DNA from: Thermotogota bacterium
GTDB lineage: Bacteria; Thermotogota; Thermotogae; Petrotogales; Kosmotogaceae
Direction: 5' to 3'
Length of the DNA stretch: 17,382 bases
Assembly: GCA_034660555.1 (NCBI GenBank)
Contig: JAYEJL010000045.1
Coordinates: 1 to 17,382, forward strand
Positions 1-7,394 of the stretch are shown piece by piece. Below the pieces are notes generated by a model that did no database searches, was not told the origin of the DNA, and was given only the letters and a program-made list of their open reading frames with translations. Positions within the stretch are counted from its first letter, which is position 1. Each line of letters starts with the position of its first letter. The position numbers and the translations under genes are program-made.

Positions 1-63
1 TTTGCTGTTGTTATGAGTATAATTTTAGTGATATCACTGGTATTTCACGTTATCAGATACTGA
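1..63 (+). CDS. 3' end of an upstream, probably membrane, protein (partial)
   Basis: Frame 1 is open from base 1 and reads FAVVMSIILVISLVFHVIRY then TGA at 61-63. This is a hydrophobic TM-like tail, co-oriented with the next gene. Confidence 0.5.
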   Translation, partial: FAVVMSIILVISLVFHVIRY

Positions 64-99
64 ACGAGAAAAATCATAAAAGAATAATGGGGAAGTGAT

Positions 100-1149
100 G
101 TGATGAGGAAAATCGTCTTTATGATTTTGTTTTACATTTTTGCAGTGAGTATAAATGCTACTTTTTTAAACAGACCAGATTCAGATATGGTGTCTATAAA
201 ATGGTACACGGAAGAGCTTTCGGATTCAAGAATTCACTGTATTGATGAAGCCGGTAATGAAATTCATCTTAGCTCAAGTGAGATGACTAATTTTCACAGT
301 TTAACACTTGAAAATATGAAAAAAGATCAATTATATCATTATCAAGCTGAGAGCTATGTTGAAGGTAAGTGTGTGTATAAAGACGAAGGTTTAATTTCAT
401 TGGTGGAAGAAAAATCTTTTGACTTCGTGATATACGGAGATTCGCGAGGTAATTTTAAGAACCATAAAAAAATCTGTGAAGGTATAGCCACCACAGAACC
501 ACTGTTAGTAATTAATGTAGGAGATCTGGTTTATCGTGACGCTTTTATTGAAGATTGGGCTGTGTTTTATAAAGCGATTGATGTTCTTCCCAGCAGCTTC
601 TATTATTCAGCTGTCGGAAATCATGAAAAGGCTGCGAAAAATTTTAGAGAACTGCTGGATTTATCCGGTAACGAACTCTATTACTCCTTTAAAGAGGGAA
701 AGGTACTTTTTATTGTGTTGAACACGAATCAGCGCTTTGATCGAGATTCAAAGCAGTATCGCTGGCTTGTCGAAGTTCTTGAAAACAGAGATCTCGAACA
801 AACAGAATTTACTATTGTGGTTACTCATCATCCTCCATATAGCTACAGCTCTCATGGAGACACCTATTTTATGAAGCTTATACTGGTTCCCTTGTTCGAG
901 AGATATAACATTGATCTCGTGATCTCCGGTCATGACCACAGCTATCAGAGAATTGAAAAGGGAAACATTGATTACATTGTTACAGCTGGTGGTGGAGCGC
1001 CACTATATAAAATTGAACCAGGCGATGACCTTATTAAAGGTTTATCGGTTTATCATTATGTTGTATTTAGTTACTCTCCAGGAGCTATTGATGCAAAAGT
1101 AATAGATATAAACGGAAATTTGATTGATCAATTCTCAATTATTAAATAA
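100..1149 (+). CDS. Secreted calcineurin-like metallophosphoesterase, purple acid phosphatase-like, with N-terminal fn3-like domain
   Basis: Signal peptide (MRKIVFMILFYIFAVSINA). Metal motifs YGDSR, GDLVY, GNHE, THHP and GHDH. Purine-rich GGGGAAG before GTG100/ATG103. Confidence 0.88.
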   Translation: MMRKIVFMILFYIFAVSINATFLNRPDSDMVSIKWYTEELSDSRIHCIDEAGNEIHLSSSEMTNFHSLTLENMKKDQLYHYQAESYVEGKCVYKDEGLISLVEEKSFDFVIYGDSRGNFKNHKKICEGIATTEPLLVINVGDLVYRDAFIEDWAVFYKAIDVLPSSFYYSAVGNHEKAAKNFRELLDLSGNELYYSFKEGKVLFIVLNTNQRFDRDSKQYRWLVEVLENRDLEQTEFTIVVTHHPPYSYSSHGDTYFMKLILVPLFERYNIDLVISGHDHSYQRIEKGNIDYIVTAGGGAPLYKIEPGDDLIKGLSVYHYVVFSYSPGAIDAKVIDINGNLIDQFSIIK

Positions 1150-1154
1150 CATCA

Positions 1155-2075
1155 TTAAATCTCTACAGTTGCATTGATCTCTTCGCTGGATGTCCATGAT
1201 CTGGCGAGTTTACATATTCTTCCGTTGTTCCATATTGTTGAACGGCCTTCTGCAACGTTGTTGCCAATCTTTCCTACTGCCATGGCATTGATCAGGAACT
1301 GTATGTTTTCTCTCTTTTTGGTTGCTTTTATAGGTCCGTCTAACCACCATATTCTTTCCTGTGAATAAGAAGAATTGTACTTCACAGGTTTTTTCCAATA
1401 AGCGAAGTTGCATGTTGGAACAGCAAGAATTTGTGCACCGATGGAGTCAAGATGCTCAATCGTATCCTGAAAAAACATGTCGTAGCAGATCACCACTGCA
1501 ATCTTTGCAAATTCTGTTTTGACTGCTTGATTTCTGTAGGGATATGGAGAAAACAGTATTTTATTTTCAGAGGGTGTTAACCTTAGTTTGCCCATTCTGG
1601 CAATAACCTGCCCTTTGGGATTGAAAAGATATGACATATTGAAGAGCCGTTTATCAGTTATATACCTTCCCTTTGATGATTCAAAGGTTATTGAAGGTAA
1701 AAGAATACTTGGTGCGACAATATAGCTGGAATAATTTTTTGCCAGTTCAGAAAACGTATTTCTGTAAATTTCTTCGACTTTTAGAGCGTTTTTTAAAAAG
1801 GCAGCCCTGAAAAAATTCAGTTGTGAAAGCAAAAAATTTTTGAAGATATATTTTAACAACAATTTAAACACATTCTGATTATCCAATGATTTCAAAAACA
1901 TACCTGGATACAAGAAGGTGCCAATAAACTCTGGAAAAACCGCCAAATGAATATTTGACTTCCATAATTGGCTTGCTTTTATAAGAGAATCATTCATGGA
2001 TCGCATAAAGCTTTCAGGATTTCTGTAATCCTTAAGATCTATTTCAGTCTGTATGGCTGTTAGATCTATTTTCAT
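1155..2075 (-). CDS. Carbon-nitrogen hydrolase (nitrilase superfamily) protein, 306 aa
   Basis: Glu-Lys-Cys triad motifs VFPEF, MGKLRL and VICYD. Start moved from 2150 to ATG 2075 (MKIDLTAIQ), which overlaps the upstream stop as ATGA. Confidence 0.85.
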   Translation of the reverse strand: MKIDLTAIQTEIDLKDYRNPESFMRSMNDSLIKASQLWKSNIHLAVFPEFIGTFLYPGMFLKSLDNQNVFKLLLKYIFKNFLLSQLNFFRAAFLKNALKVEEIYRNTFSELAKNYSSYIVAPSILLPSITFESSKGRYITDKRLFNMSYLFNPKGQVIARMGKLRLTPSENKILFSPYPYRNQAVKTEFAKIAVVICYDMFFQDTIEHLDSIGAQILAVPTCNFAYWKKPVKYNSSYSQERIWWLDGPIKATKKRENIQFLINAMAVGKIGNNVAEGRSTIWNNGRICKLARSWTSSEEINATVEI

Positions 2076-2278
2076 GCAGGGTTTATAAGCCTTGCAATTA
2101 ACAATATCAAGCCCATAACAATTAGTACAGGGAGAAGGAATATCAGCCACCCAAGAAATATAAAAACAACTACGGCAATTACACCAAATCCTACCAAAAC
2201 AGATACCAGAGCCGGGAATGCTTTTATCGCAAGAAATAATAAAGCCAGTGCTCCAATAACAGCCAAGAATTCTACCAT
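2072..2278 (-). CDS. Small hydrophobic membrane protein, 68 aa, 2-3 TM segments
   Basis: MVEFLAVIGALALLFLAIKAFPALVSVLVGFGVIAVVVFIFLGWLIFLLPVLIVMGLILLIARLINPA. GGGGTGA SD before ATG 2278, and ATGA coupling to the nitrilase gene. Confidence 0.75.
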   Translation of the reverse strand: MVEFLAVIGALALLFLAIKAFPALVSVLVGFGVIAVVVFIFLGWLIFLLPVLIVMGLILLIARLINPA

Positions 2279-2295
2279 TAATATCACCCCTGAAA

Positions 2296-2304
2296 ATTTT
2301 ACCA
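2296..2304 (-). promoter_or_regulatory. Candidate extended -10 element (TGGTAAAAT) for the membrane protein-nitrilase operon
   Basis: Matches the TGnTAnAAT pattern and would start transcription just before the SD, giving a very short leader. No convincing -35. Confidence 0.35.
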
Positions 2305-2340
2305 TTTTTGTTTTGAGCACATCTAGTTTATTTATTCAAA

Positions 2341-2667
2341 TGCGCTTTTTTAAAAGAGATTGGGCACTTAAATCTGACTTCTCAAAATGCATAATGTTCT
2401 TTAGATAAAGACTTATAGCAATTGTATGATGCTATAATTTTAAAAGACAAAAATAGACTGGCTTCCTTATCCGTGGATAATTGAGAGATATCTGAGTTTT
2501 GGTGGTAAATACATAACTGTCGGATCCGACGCACATAAAAAAATTGAAATAGGAAAGGGCTTCAAAGAAGCCCTTAATATATTGAATACTCTTGATGTGA
2601 AAGAAATATTTTATTGTAAAATGGGAACTTCATTCCCGTAAAGGTAAACACAACGTTCAGGACTTAA
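2341..2667 (+). pseudogene. Remnant of a PHP-family phosphatase (HisJ/HisK histidinol-phosphatase-like), C-terminal part only
   Basis: Start-less frame 2444-2641 reads KTKIDWLPYPWIIERYLSFGGKYITVGSDAHKKIEIGKGFKEALNILNTLDVKEIFYCK, containing the PHP motif ITxGSDAH (GSDAH at 2522-2536). Another frame from 2341 has IGHLNL (GHLD-like) with stops at 2392 and 2416. A probable frameshift near 2620 continues NGNFIPVKV to TAA 2665-2667. Confidence 0.8.
2555..2575 (-). terminator. Possible intrinsic terminator for the proXVW operon
   Basis: Perfect 9-bp stem AAGGGCTTC-N3-GAAGCCCTT, followed on the minus strand by TCCTATTTCAATTTTTTT, about 100 nt after the proW stop. It lies inside the PHP pseudogene codons, so it may be coincidental. 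Confidence 0.45.
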
Positions 2668-2671
2668 AATG

Positions 2672-3523
2672 CTATGATTTTGGTGGTTGCCACCGTTTTG
2701 CGATACCCTGTGTTATCCTGTCAATTACAATTGCCAGAATAACAATACTGATACCCGCTTCAAAACCTTTACCAACATCTACACGGTTTATTGCCAGTAA
2801 AACTTCCTGTCCCAGTCCTCTTGCTCCTATCATCGAAGCAATTACAACCATTGCAAGTGCCATCATTGTGGTTTGATTTACACCTGCCAGTATTGTTGGC
2901 AGAGCAAGCGGTAATCTTACTTCCTTTAATAGCTGTTTATTTGTTGCTCCATAAGCTATCGCCGCTTCCTGTACCTGCTTTGGTACCTGTCTGATACCCA
3001 GATTGGTGAGCCTTATAACTGGTGGTATTGCATATATCATGGTAGCAAGTACTGCTGGGACCTTTCCGAGCCCGAAAAGCATCATTGCAGGTATTAGGTG
3101 TACAAAACTGGGCATGGTCTGCATGGCATCGAGTAATGGTTTTAGTACAGTGGCAAACCTGTCGAATTGAGCCATGAGGACGCCCAATGGAATCCCGATA
3201 GCTATTGAAAAAACGACAGCGGTTATAACCAGAGCCAGAGTTTCCATAGCGAGTGCCCATAATCCAAATACTCCAATAATTGTCAAAAGAACCCCAAGCA
3301 CTATCGGAAGTGTGATTTTCTTTGTCGCCAACCATGCACCAAATATTACTATACCAACAATCACCCACCAGGGAGTTACATTCAGCAAATTGTGAACAGC
3401 CAGTAATAGAGATAGAATAACCGATGATATTGTTCCAAATACTATGCTACCATTGGTAACCAACCAATCGATAAAATCGTTAATATAGTCTTCTACATGA
3501 AATTCTAGTGTTTCAGGAAACAT
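2672..3523 (-). CDS. proW: Glycine betaine/proline-type ABC transporter permease (ProW/OpuAB family)
   Basis: Multiple TM helices, family motifs LDAMQTMPSFV, IRLTNLGIRQV and GVNQTTMMALAMVVIASMIGA, and an EAA loop (EAAIAYGAT). Confidence 0.93.
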   Translation of the reverse strand: MFPETLEFHVEDYINDFIDWLVTNGSIVFGTISSVILSLLLAVHNLLNVTPWWVIVGIVIFGAWLATKKITLPIVLGVLLTIIGVFGLWALAMETLALVITAVVFSIAIGIPLGVLMAQFDRFATVLKPLLDAMQTMPSFVHLIPAMMLFGLGKVPAVLATMIYAIPPVIRLTNLGIRQVPKQVQEAAIAYGATNKQLLKEVRLPLALPTILAGVNQTTMMALAMVVIASMIGARGLGQEVLLAINRVDVGKGFEAGISIVILAIVIDRITQGIAKRWQPPKS

Positions 3524-4385
3524 CGGTTATCGCCTTCTTTTCATTATTATTATCTGAGTCGATGTCATCTGTTATCTGACGCTTTACATCCTGAACAAAC
3601 TTTTTAACATAATCATCTGCAGGATTTTTAACAATATCATGGATTTTACCCGTTTGAACAATGTCGCCTTCTTTCATTATCGCAATACGATCCCCCAACC
3701 TTATGGCCTCATTCAGATCGTGGGTGACAAAGAATGTTGTTTTGTGCATTTCTTCTTGAAGCCTGATTAATTCGTCCTGCATTTCTCTACGGATTAAAGG
3801 ATCAAGACCACTGAATGGTTCATCCATTAGCAAAATTGGAGTATCCATTACAAGGGCCCGTGCTATTCCAACTCTCTGTCTCATGCCTCCACTCAATGCA
3901 CTTGGATGATTATCTTCCCATCCTTTCAGCCCAACTCGCTCAATTGCTTCAAGTGCTCTCTTCTTTCTAACTTCTTTATCTTCACCTCTGATCTTCAAAC
4001 CGAACTCCACATTCTCTCTAACAGTTCTATGTGGGAGAAGTCCATAATGCTGGAAAACCATAGCTACTTCTTTACGTCTGAAATCTATGAGTTCACTATC
4101 ATTTAAGTTAGTGACCTCATATTCATTGATTTGGATTTCACCAGAAGTTGGTTCCAATAATCGTAAAAGGCAGCGAATCAATGTTGATTTTCCACTACCT
4201 GACAAACCCATGATTACAAAAACTTCGCCTTCTTTTACTTCAAGGCTGACATCCCTTACAGCGATTACCGGTTCATCCATCTTTTCAATTTTTTCAATCA
4301 TTTCTTCATCTTCAACATTGATATCTCTGTCGTGAATGTCCGAGTAAATTTTCCATAGATTTTGAACTTTAATTGCCGTAGACAA
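3513..4385 (-). CDS. proV: Glycine betaine/proline-type ABC transporter ATPase (ProV/OpuAA family), lacking CBS domains
   Basis: Walker A GLSGSGKST, signature LSGGMRQRV, Walker B LLMDEPFSGLDPLIRREMQDEL, H-loop FVTHD. TTG start. Confidence 0.93.
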   Translation of the reverse strand: MSTAIKVQNLWKIYSDIHDRDINVEDEEMIEKIEKMDEPVIAVRDVSLEVKEGEVFVIMGLSGSGKSTLIRCLLRLLEPTSGEIQINEYEVTNLNDSELIDFRRKEVAMVFQHYGLLPHRTVRENVEFGLKIRGEDKEVRKKRALEAIERVGLKGWEDNHPSALSGGMRQRVGIARALVMDTPILLMDEPFSGLDPLIRREMQDELIRLQEEMHKTTFFVTHDLNEAIRLGDRIAIMKEGDIVQTGKIHDIVKNPADDYVKKFVQDVKRQITDDIDSDNNNEKKAITDVS

Positions 4386-4391
4386 AATTGT

Positions 4392-5399
4392 TTACCCCTT
4401 TTCTAGAGCTTCTAATACTTTATTAATAAGCTCCTCATTTCTTGCAGGGAACCAGTCTTCCCATATATATCTGTGGTTCTTTAGGAACCATATGGCTGTT
4501 TCTTCAGCTGTTGCTCCATTTTCCTGCATGTATGCAAGCATTTTGTTCGTTTGATCGAGTGTGCTGCTGTAATTAACAAAGAGAGTCAACAATTCGGGAG
4601 CTTTATCCAGCATTTTGGTTGAAACAGCAACATGTACCTTGGATGGAGCGAATTCACATGCATAGTTTTCGTTCCATTTTTCTTTATCAAACTCTGGCTC
4701 TTCTAATTTAGTCATATCAAGCTTTCCCATTATCCAGGTAGGTTCCCAGTAATATGCAAGTATAGGTACTCCTTTTTTGTACGCACTCATAATAGCAGTA
4801 GCCAAAGATGCCTGAGAACCTGGATCAAAGGAAGTGAATGAATCATCAAGTCCATAGGCTTCAAGTTTCTCAATATTGATGTCATGTACAACCCATCCAA
4901 CTGGGCCATTGTAAAATCTTCCTTTGTTGGGTTGTTCAGGATCCTTGAATAATTCCCAGTATTTTTCAAGATCAAACACTGATTTCAGATCAGGTGCCAT
5001 GGGTTCTATACCATGCTCAGGATCACCTTCTATAACATATGTTGGAACATACCAGCCCTGGGGAGCATCTTGGAAGTTAGAACCGAGATCGACAATATCT
5101 CCATCCTTTAAGGCTTCCATATAGCTTTCTCTGATGTTATCAACCCAAAATTCCATTGAAACATCGTAATCTCCTCTTCTAAGACCAAGTAATCCGGGAA
5201 TGCTCTGAAGAAAGCCATATTCAACATCGTAACCATAAGCATGTTCAACGATAAATCCTGCTATTCTGTTGTGTACCAGAACACTATCCCATGAGAAGTC
5301 AACGAATCTGATCGTGCTGGCACTAAAGGAAAAAATTGCTAACAAAAAGACGACCAAAATAACCACAAACAGCTTTCTTACACCGAAAAGCTTTGTCAT
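4392..5399 (-). CDS. proX: Glycine betaine/proline (ProX/HisX-like) ABC substrate-binding protein
   Basis: Signal peptide. Conserved Trp-containing segments FSWDS, MEFW, GWYVP, PVGW and YYWEPTW. AAGGAGG SD. In operon with proV and proW. Confidence 0.88.
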   Translation of the reverse strand: MTKLFGVRKLFVVILVVFLLAIFSFSASTIRFVDFSWDSVLVHNRIAGFIVEHAYGYDVEYGFLQSIPGLLGLRRGDYDVSMEFWVDNIRESYMEALKDGDIVDLGSNFQDAPQGWYVPTYVIEGDPEHGIEPMAPDLKSVFDLEKYWELFKDPEQPNKGRFYNGPVGWVVHDINIEKLEAYGLDDSFTSFDPGSQASLATAIMSAYKKGVPILAYYWEPTWIMGKLDMTKLEEPEFDKEKWNENYACEFAPSKVHVAVSTKMLDKAPELLTLFVNYSSTLDQTNKMLAYMQENGATAEETAIWFLKNHRYIWEDWFPARNEELINKVLEALEKG

Positions 5400-5463
5400 T
5401 GTAAATTCCTCCTTATTTGAAAAAGTTTTTGTGAATGTAAAACAGTGGAACAGGATGGTTATT

Positions 5464-5796
5464 TTAGTGAAAATGTTTCTCTAATTCGTTCAACTTACTT
5501 CTGTGTTCTTTTAGTGCTGTTTCAATACCAAGTAATTTGTTTTCCAGAGAATAGAGCCTGTTTTCAAGATCAAGCAAGATGTCTCCGCGGGTTTTCATTT
5601 CATTTCTTGTTGAGATGATTTCGCTTCTGACTGTTGGGTTTCTATAAAGTGTTGATCTTGCCACACCAAGTTTTGAAGCTACTTCTGAGAAATCAATTTT
5701 CTTTCCTTCCCTGGCGAGAGTTTCAATGGCCTTTTCAACAGAATTTATTAATTCCTTTCTTTCGTTCTTGGTCATCTGTTTCTCAGTTTTCTTCAT
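5464..5796 (-). CDS. Small HTH + coiled-coil DNA-binding protein (DUF6262 / Tn554 TnpC-like)
   Basis: AIETLAREGKKIDFSEVASKLGVARSTLYRN is an HTH pattern like DUF6262, followed by a leucine heptad coiled coil. GGAGG SD. Confidence 0.7.
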   Translation of the reverse strand: MKKTEKQMTKNERKELINSVEKAIETLAREGKKIDFSEVASKLGVARSTLYRNPTVRSEIISTRNEMKTRGDILLDLENRLYSLENKLLGIETALKEHRSKLNELEKHFH

Positions 5797-5855
5797 TGTT
5801 CATCCTCCGCGCTACATTATTAGCTACAAATATAGCATAACACAATCTTTAATAG

Positions 5856-5891
5856 TTAACTGTTAAAAACATTTAAAGAATATTAACAGTT
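5856..5891. promoter_or_regulatory. Candidate operator in the divergent promoter region
   Basis: AACTGTTAA (5858-5866) - N16 - TTAACAGTT (5883-5891) is a perfect 9-bp inverted repeat. Each arm is itself a TTAACnGTTaA near-palindrome. Confidence 0.45.
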
Positions 5892-5970
5892 CATAGAAGA
5901 GAATGTTTACATTGTTTTTTAGCATATATAATTGGAATATATAATTTCAAAAATTCAGGAGGTTTTTGTT

Positions 5971-7005
5971 GTGAATTTAAACGTGAAGATAAATTATGAT
6001 GCTGCAGAAATGTATTTAAAGATTTTCAATAAGATAACCACGAAGGGGAAACCCAATTTGAAAAGCGTTGAAGAGTTATTTAAACATGAAGTCATGAATC
6101 AAATGGTAACTTACTACAACAGACCTGAAGGTCTAAATGCTGGAATAGATAAAGATGATTTGATGCACGTAGTTCTTAATCTTGGAAATCGAGAATTCTC
6201 GCATGAAAATAAGTTTCTGGAGAGTTTTCATAGTAATTTAAGGGGTAAAATTGAGAAGCGTGAAGATCTTAAAAGAGTACTTCTAGAAATAAAAGAAAAG
6301 GAGAAAGACATTGTTGACTTTTCTGAAACTAAATTGAATCGCTTCCTACCGGGTGATATCAATTTCAGTCCAGAAGTATTTATAGTTTTTACAGGATATA
6401 GTGGAGCTTATTATATCGGCCAGGATATTACACTTGATCTCGAACACGTTTCTAAATCGATTGATAAAGTTGCTTCAACCATAGCACATGAACTTCACCA
6501 TATAGTTTTCAATAGTTTTTTGGAAGAAGAAATGAAATCAAAAAGGCTATCATCAAACATGTTGGCGATTATCGAACTAATTGGCGGGATAGTTGGAGAA
6601 GGCATCGCTTACTATTGTGTAGGTGGTAACCCCGATGAAGGATTGACAGGTTATGAGAATTTGGATAGTTATCAGCGGGATATGGCAAGATGGAAAAAGT
6701 ACTTCGTGGAAATAAATGATGTGATACTTTCATTACTGAGAAATAAAATGGATAGAAATCAAATGTATGAATGGGCTTCCAGACATATGAAAGAAGATTT
6801 CGGAGCCATAAACACAACAGGCATAAAGACTGTGGAAACCATCTTCAAATTCGATGGAGATAAGGAAATAATAAATCTAGTAAGGCACCCAGCAAATTAT
6901 CTTGAAATATATAATAAAGAGGCTAGTTATTTGAATAGATCTCAAGAATATAATTATCCGCTATACAGCCAAGAACTTTTAAAAGTAATTAATAAGAGTT
7001 TCTAG
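5971..7005 (+). CDS. Putative cytoplasmic Zn-dependent protease (gluzincin; DUF2268/DUF5700-like), 344 aa
   Basis: HEXXH motif (AHELHH) plus downstream third-ligand motif EGIA. AGGAGG at 5957-5962 supports GTG 5971 rather than 5932. No signal peptide. Confidence 0.75.
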   Translation: MNLNVKINYDAAEMYLKIFNKITTKGKPNLKSVEELFKHEVMNQMVTYYNRPEGLNAGIDKDDLMHVVLNLGNREFSHENKFLESFHSNLRGKIEKREDLKRVLLEIKEKEKDIVDFSETKLNRFLPGDINFSPEVFIVFTGYSGAYYIGQDITLDLEHVSKSIDKVASTIAHELHHIVFNSFLEEEMKSKRLSSNMLAIIELIGGIVGEGIAYYCVGGNPDEGLTGYENLDSYQRDMARWKKYFVEINDVILSLLRNKMDRNQMYEWASRHMKEDFGAINTTGIKTVETIFKFDGDKEIINLVRHPANYLEIYNKEASYLNRSQEYNYPLYSQELLKVINKSF

Positions 7006-7034
7006 TATTGTGTATGTAAATTAAACGAATTTCG

Positions 7035-7392
7035 CTATTGACTGTTCTCTGACGAGCGCTCGACGTTTTTTATATATATTTCTTCTCCGGTTAATACTTT
7101 GAGGTTTCCTCCACACCTGGGACAATGCAATTCGTAATCAGCTGAAGAAAACTTCTCACCGCATTCTTTGCATTCATATCTTAGCTCATCAGTGATAAAG
7201 TTTATTTCAACATCGTTAAAAACAGTATCCTTTTTGATCATATCAAAGGCTTCACGGATATTTTCTTGGTTAGCCATAACTAATTTGCCAATTCCAATAT
7301 CGATTTTCTTGATATCTTTAAGCTGATCTTTGTTGAAGTTATTTTCGAGAAATATCTTTACCCTTTCAGCTGTTAATTAATTCGTGATGCAA
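7035..7392 (-). pseudogene. hypA: Frameshifted hydrogenase nickel metallochaperone HypA
   Basis: TTG CAT CAC GAA TTA ATT (MHHELI) stops at TGA 7368-7366. Removing one A near 7374 joins TAERVKIFLENNFNKDQLKDIKKIDIGIGKLVMANQENIREAF...CKEC...CPRC...TGEEIYIKNVE, a full HypA pattern with N-terminal HE and two CxxC. Confidence 0.88.
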
Positions 7393-7394
7393 TT

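Noticed and set aside
2076..2150. Cys-containing N-terminal extension (CTNC) of the nitrilase ORF
   Set aside because: It is the alternative frame of the small membrane protein gene. The ATGA-coupled start at 2075 is better supported.
2413..2530. Palindromes TTATAGCA-N9-TGCTATAA, TTATCC-GT-GGATAA and GTCGGATCCGAC, plus TGCTATAAT, read as CIRCE, DnaA box or an sRNA promoter
   Set aside because: All fall inside PHP pseudogene codons (GTCGGATCCGAC encodes V-G-S-D). They do not match CIRCE (TTAGCACTC-N9-GAGTGCTAA), and one 8/9 DnaA-like box is not an origin.
2937..3368. 143-aa alternative-frame ORF in proW, and the other 60-90 aa ORFs nested in or antisense to called genes
   Set aside because: They overlap well-supported genes and show no motifs.
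5464..5796. Tn554-like transposon
   Set aside because: Only a TnpC-like ORF is present. No TnpA/TnpB recombinases, element ends or target site were seen.
5924..5946. Direct repeat ATATATAATT x2
   Set aside because: Low complexity. These are possible -10 elements, but no -35 at convincing spacing was found.
7366..7380. Programmed frameshifting in hypA
   Set aside because: No recognisable slippery site or stimulator, and the partner hypE is clearly decayed.
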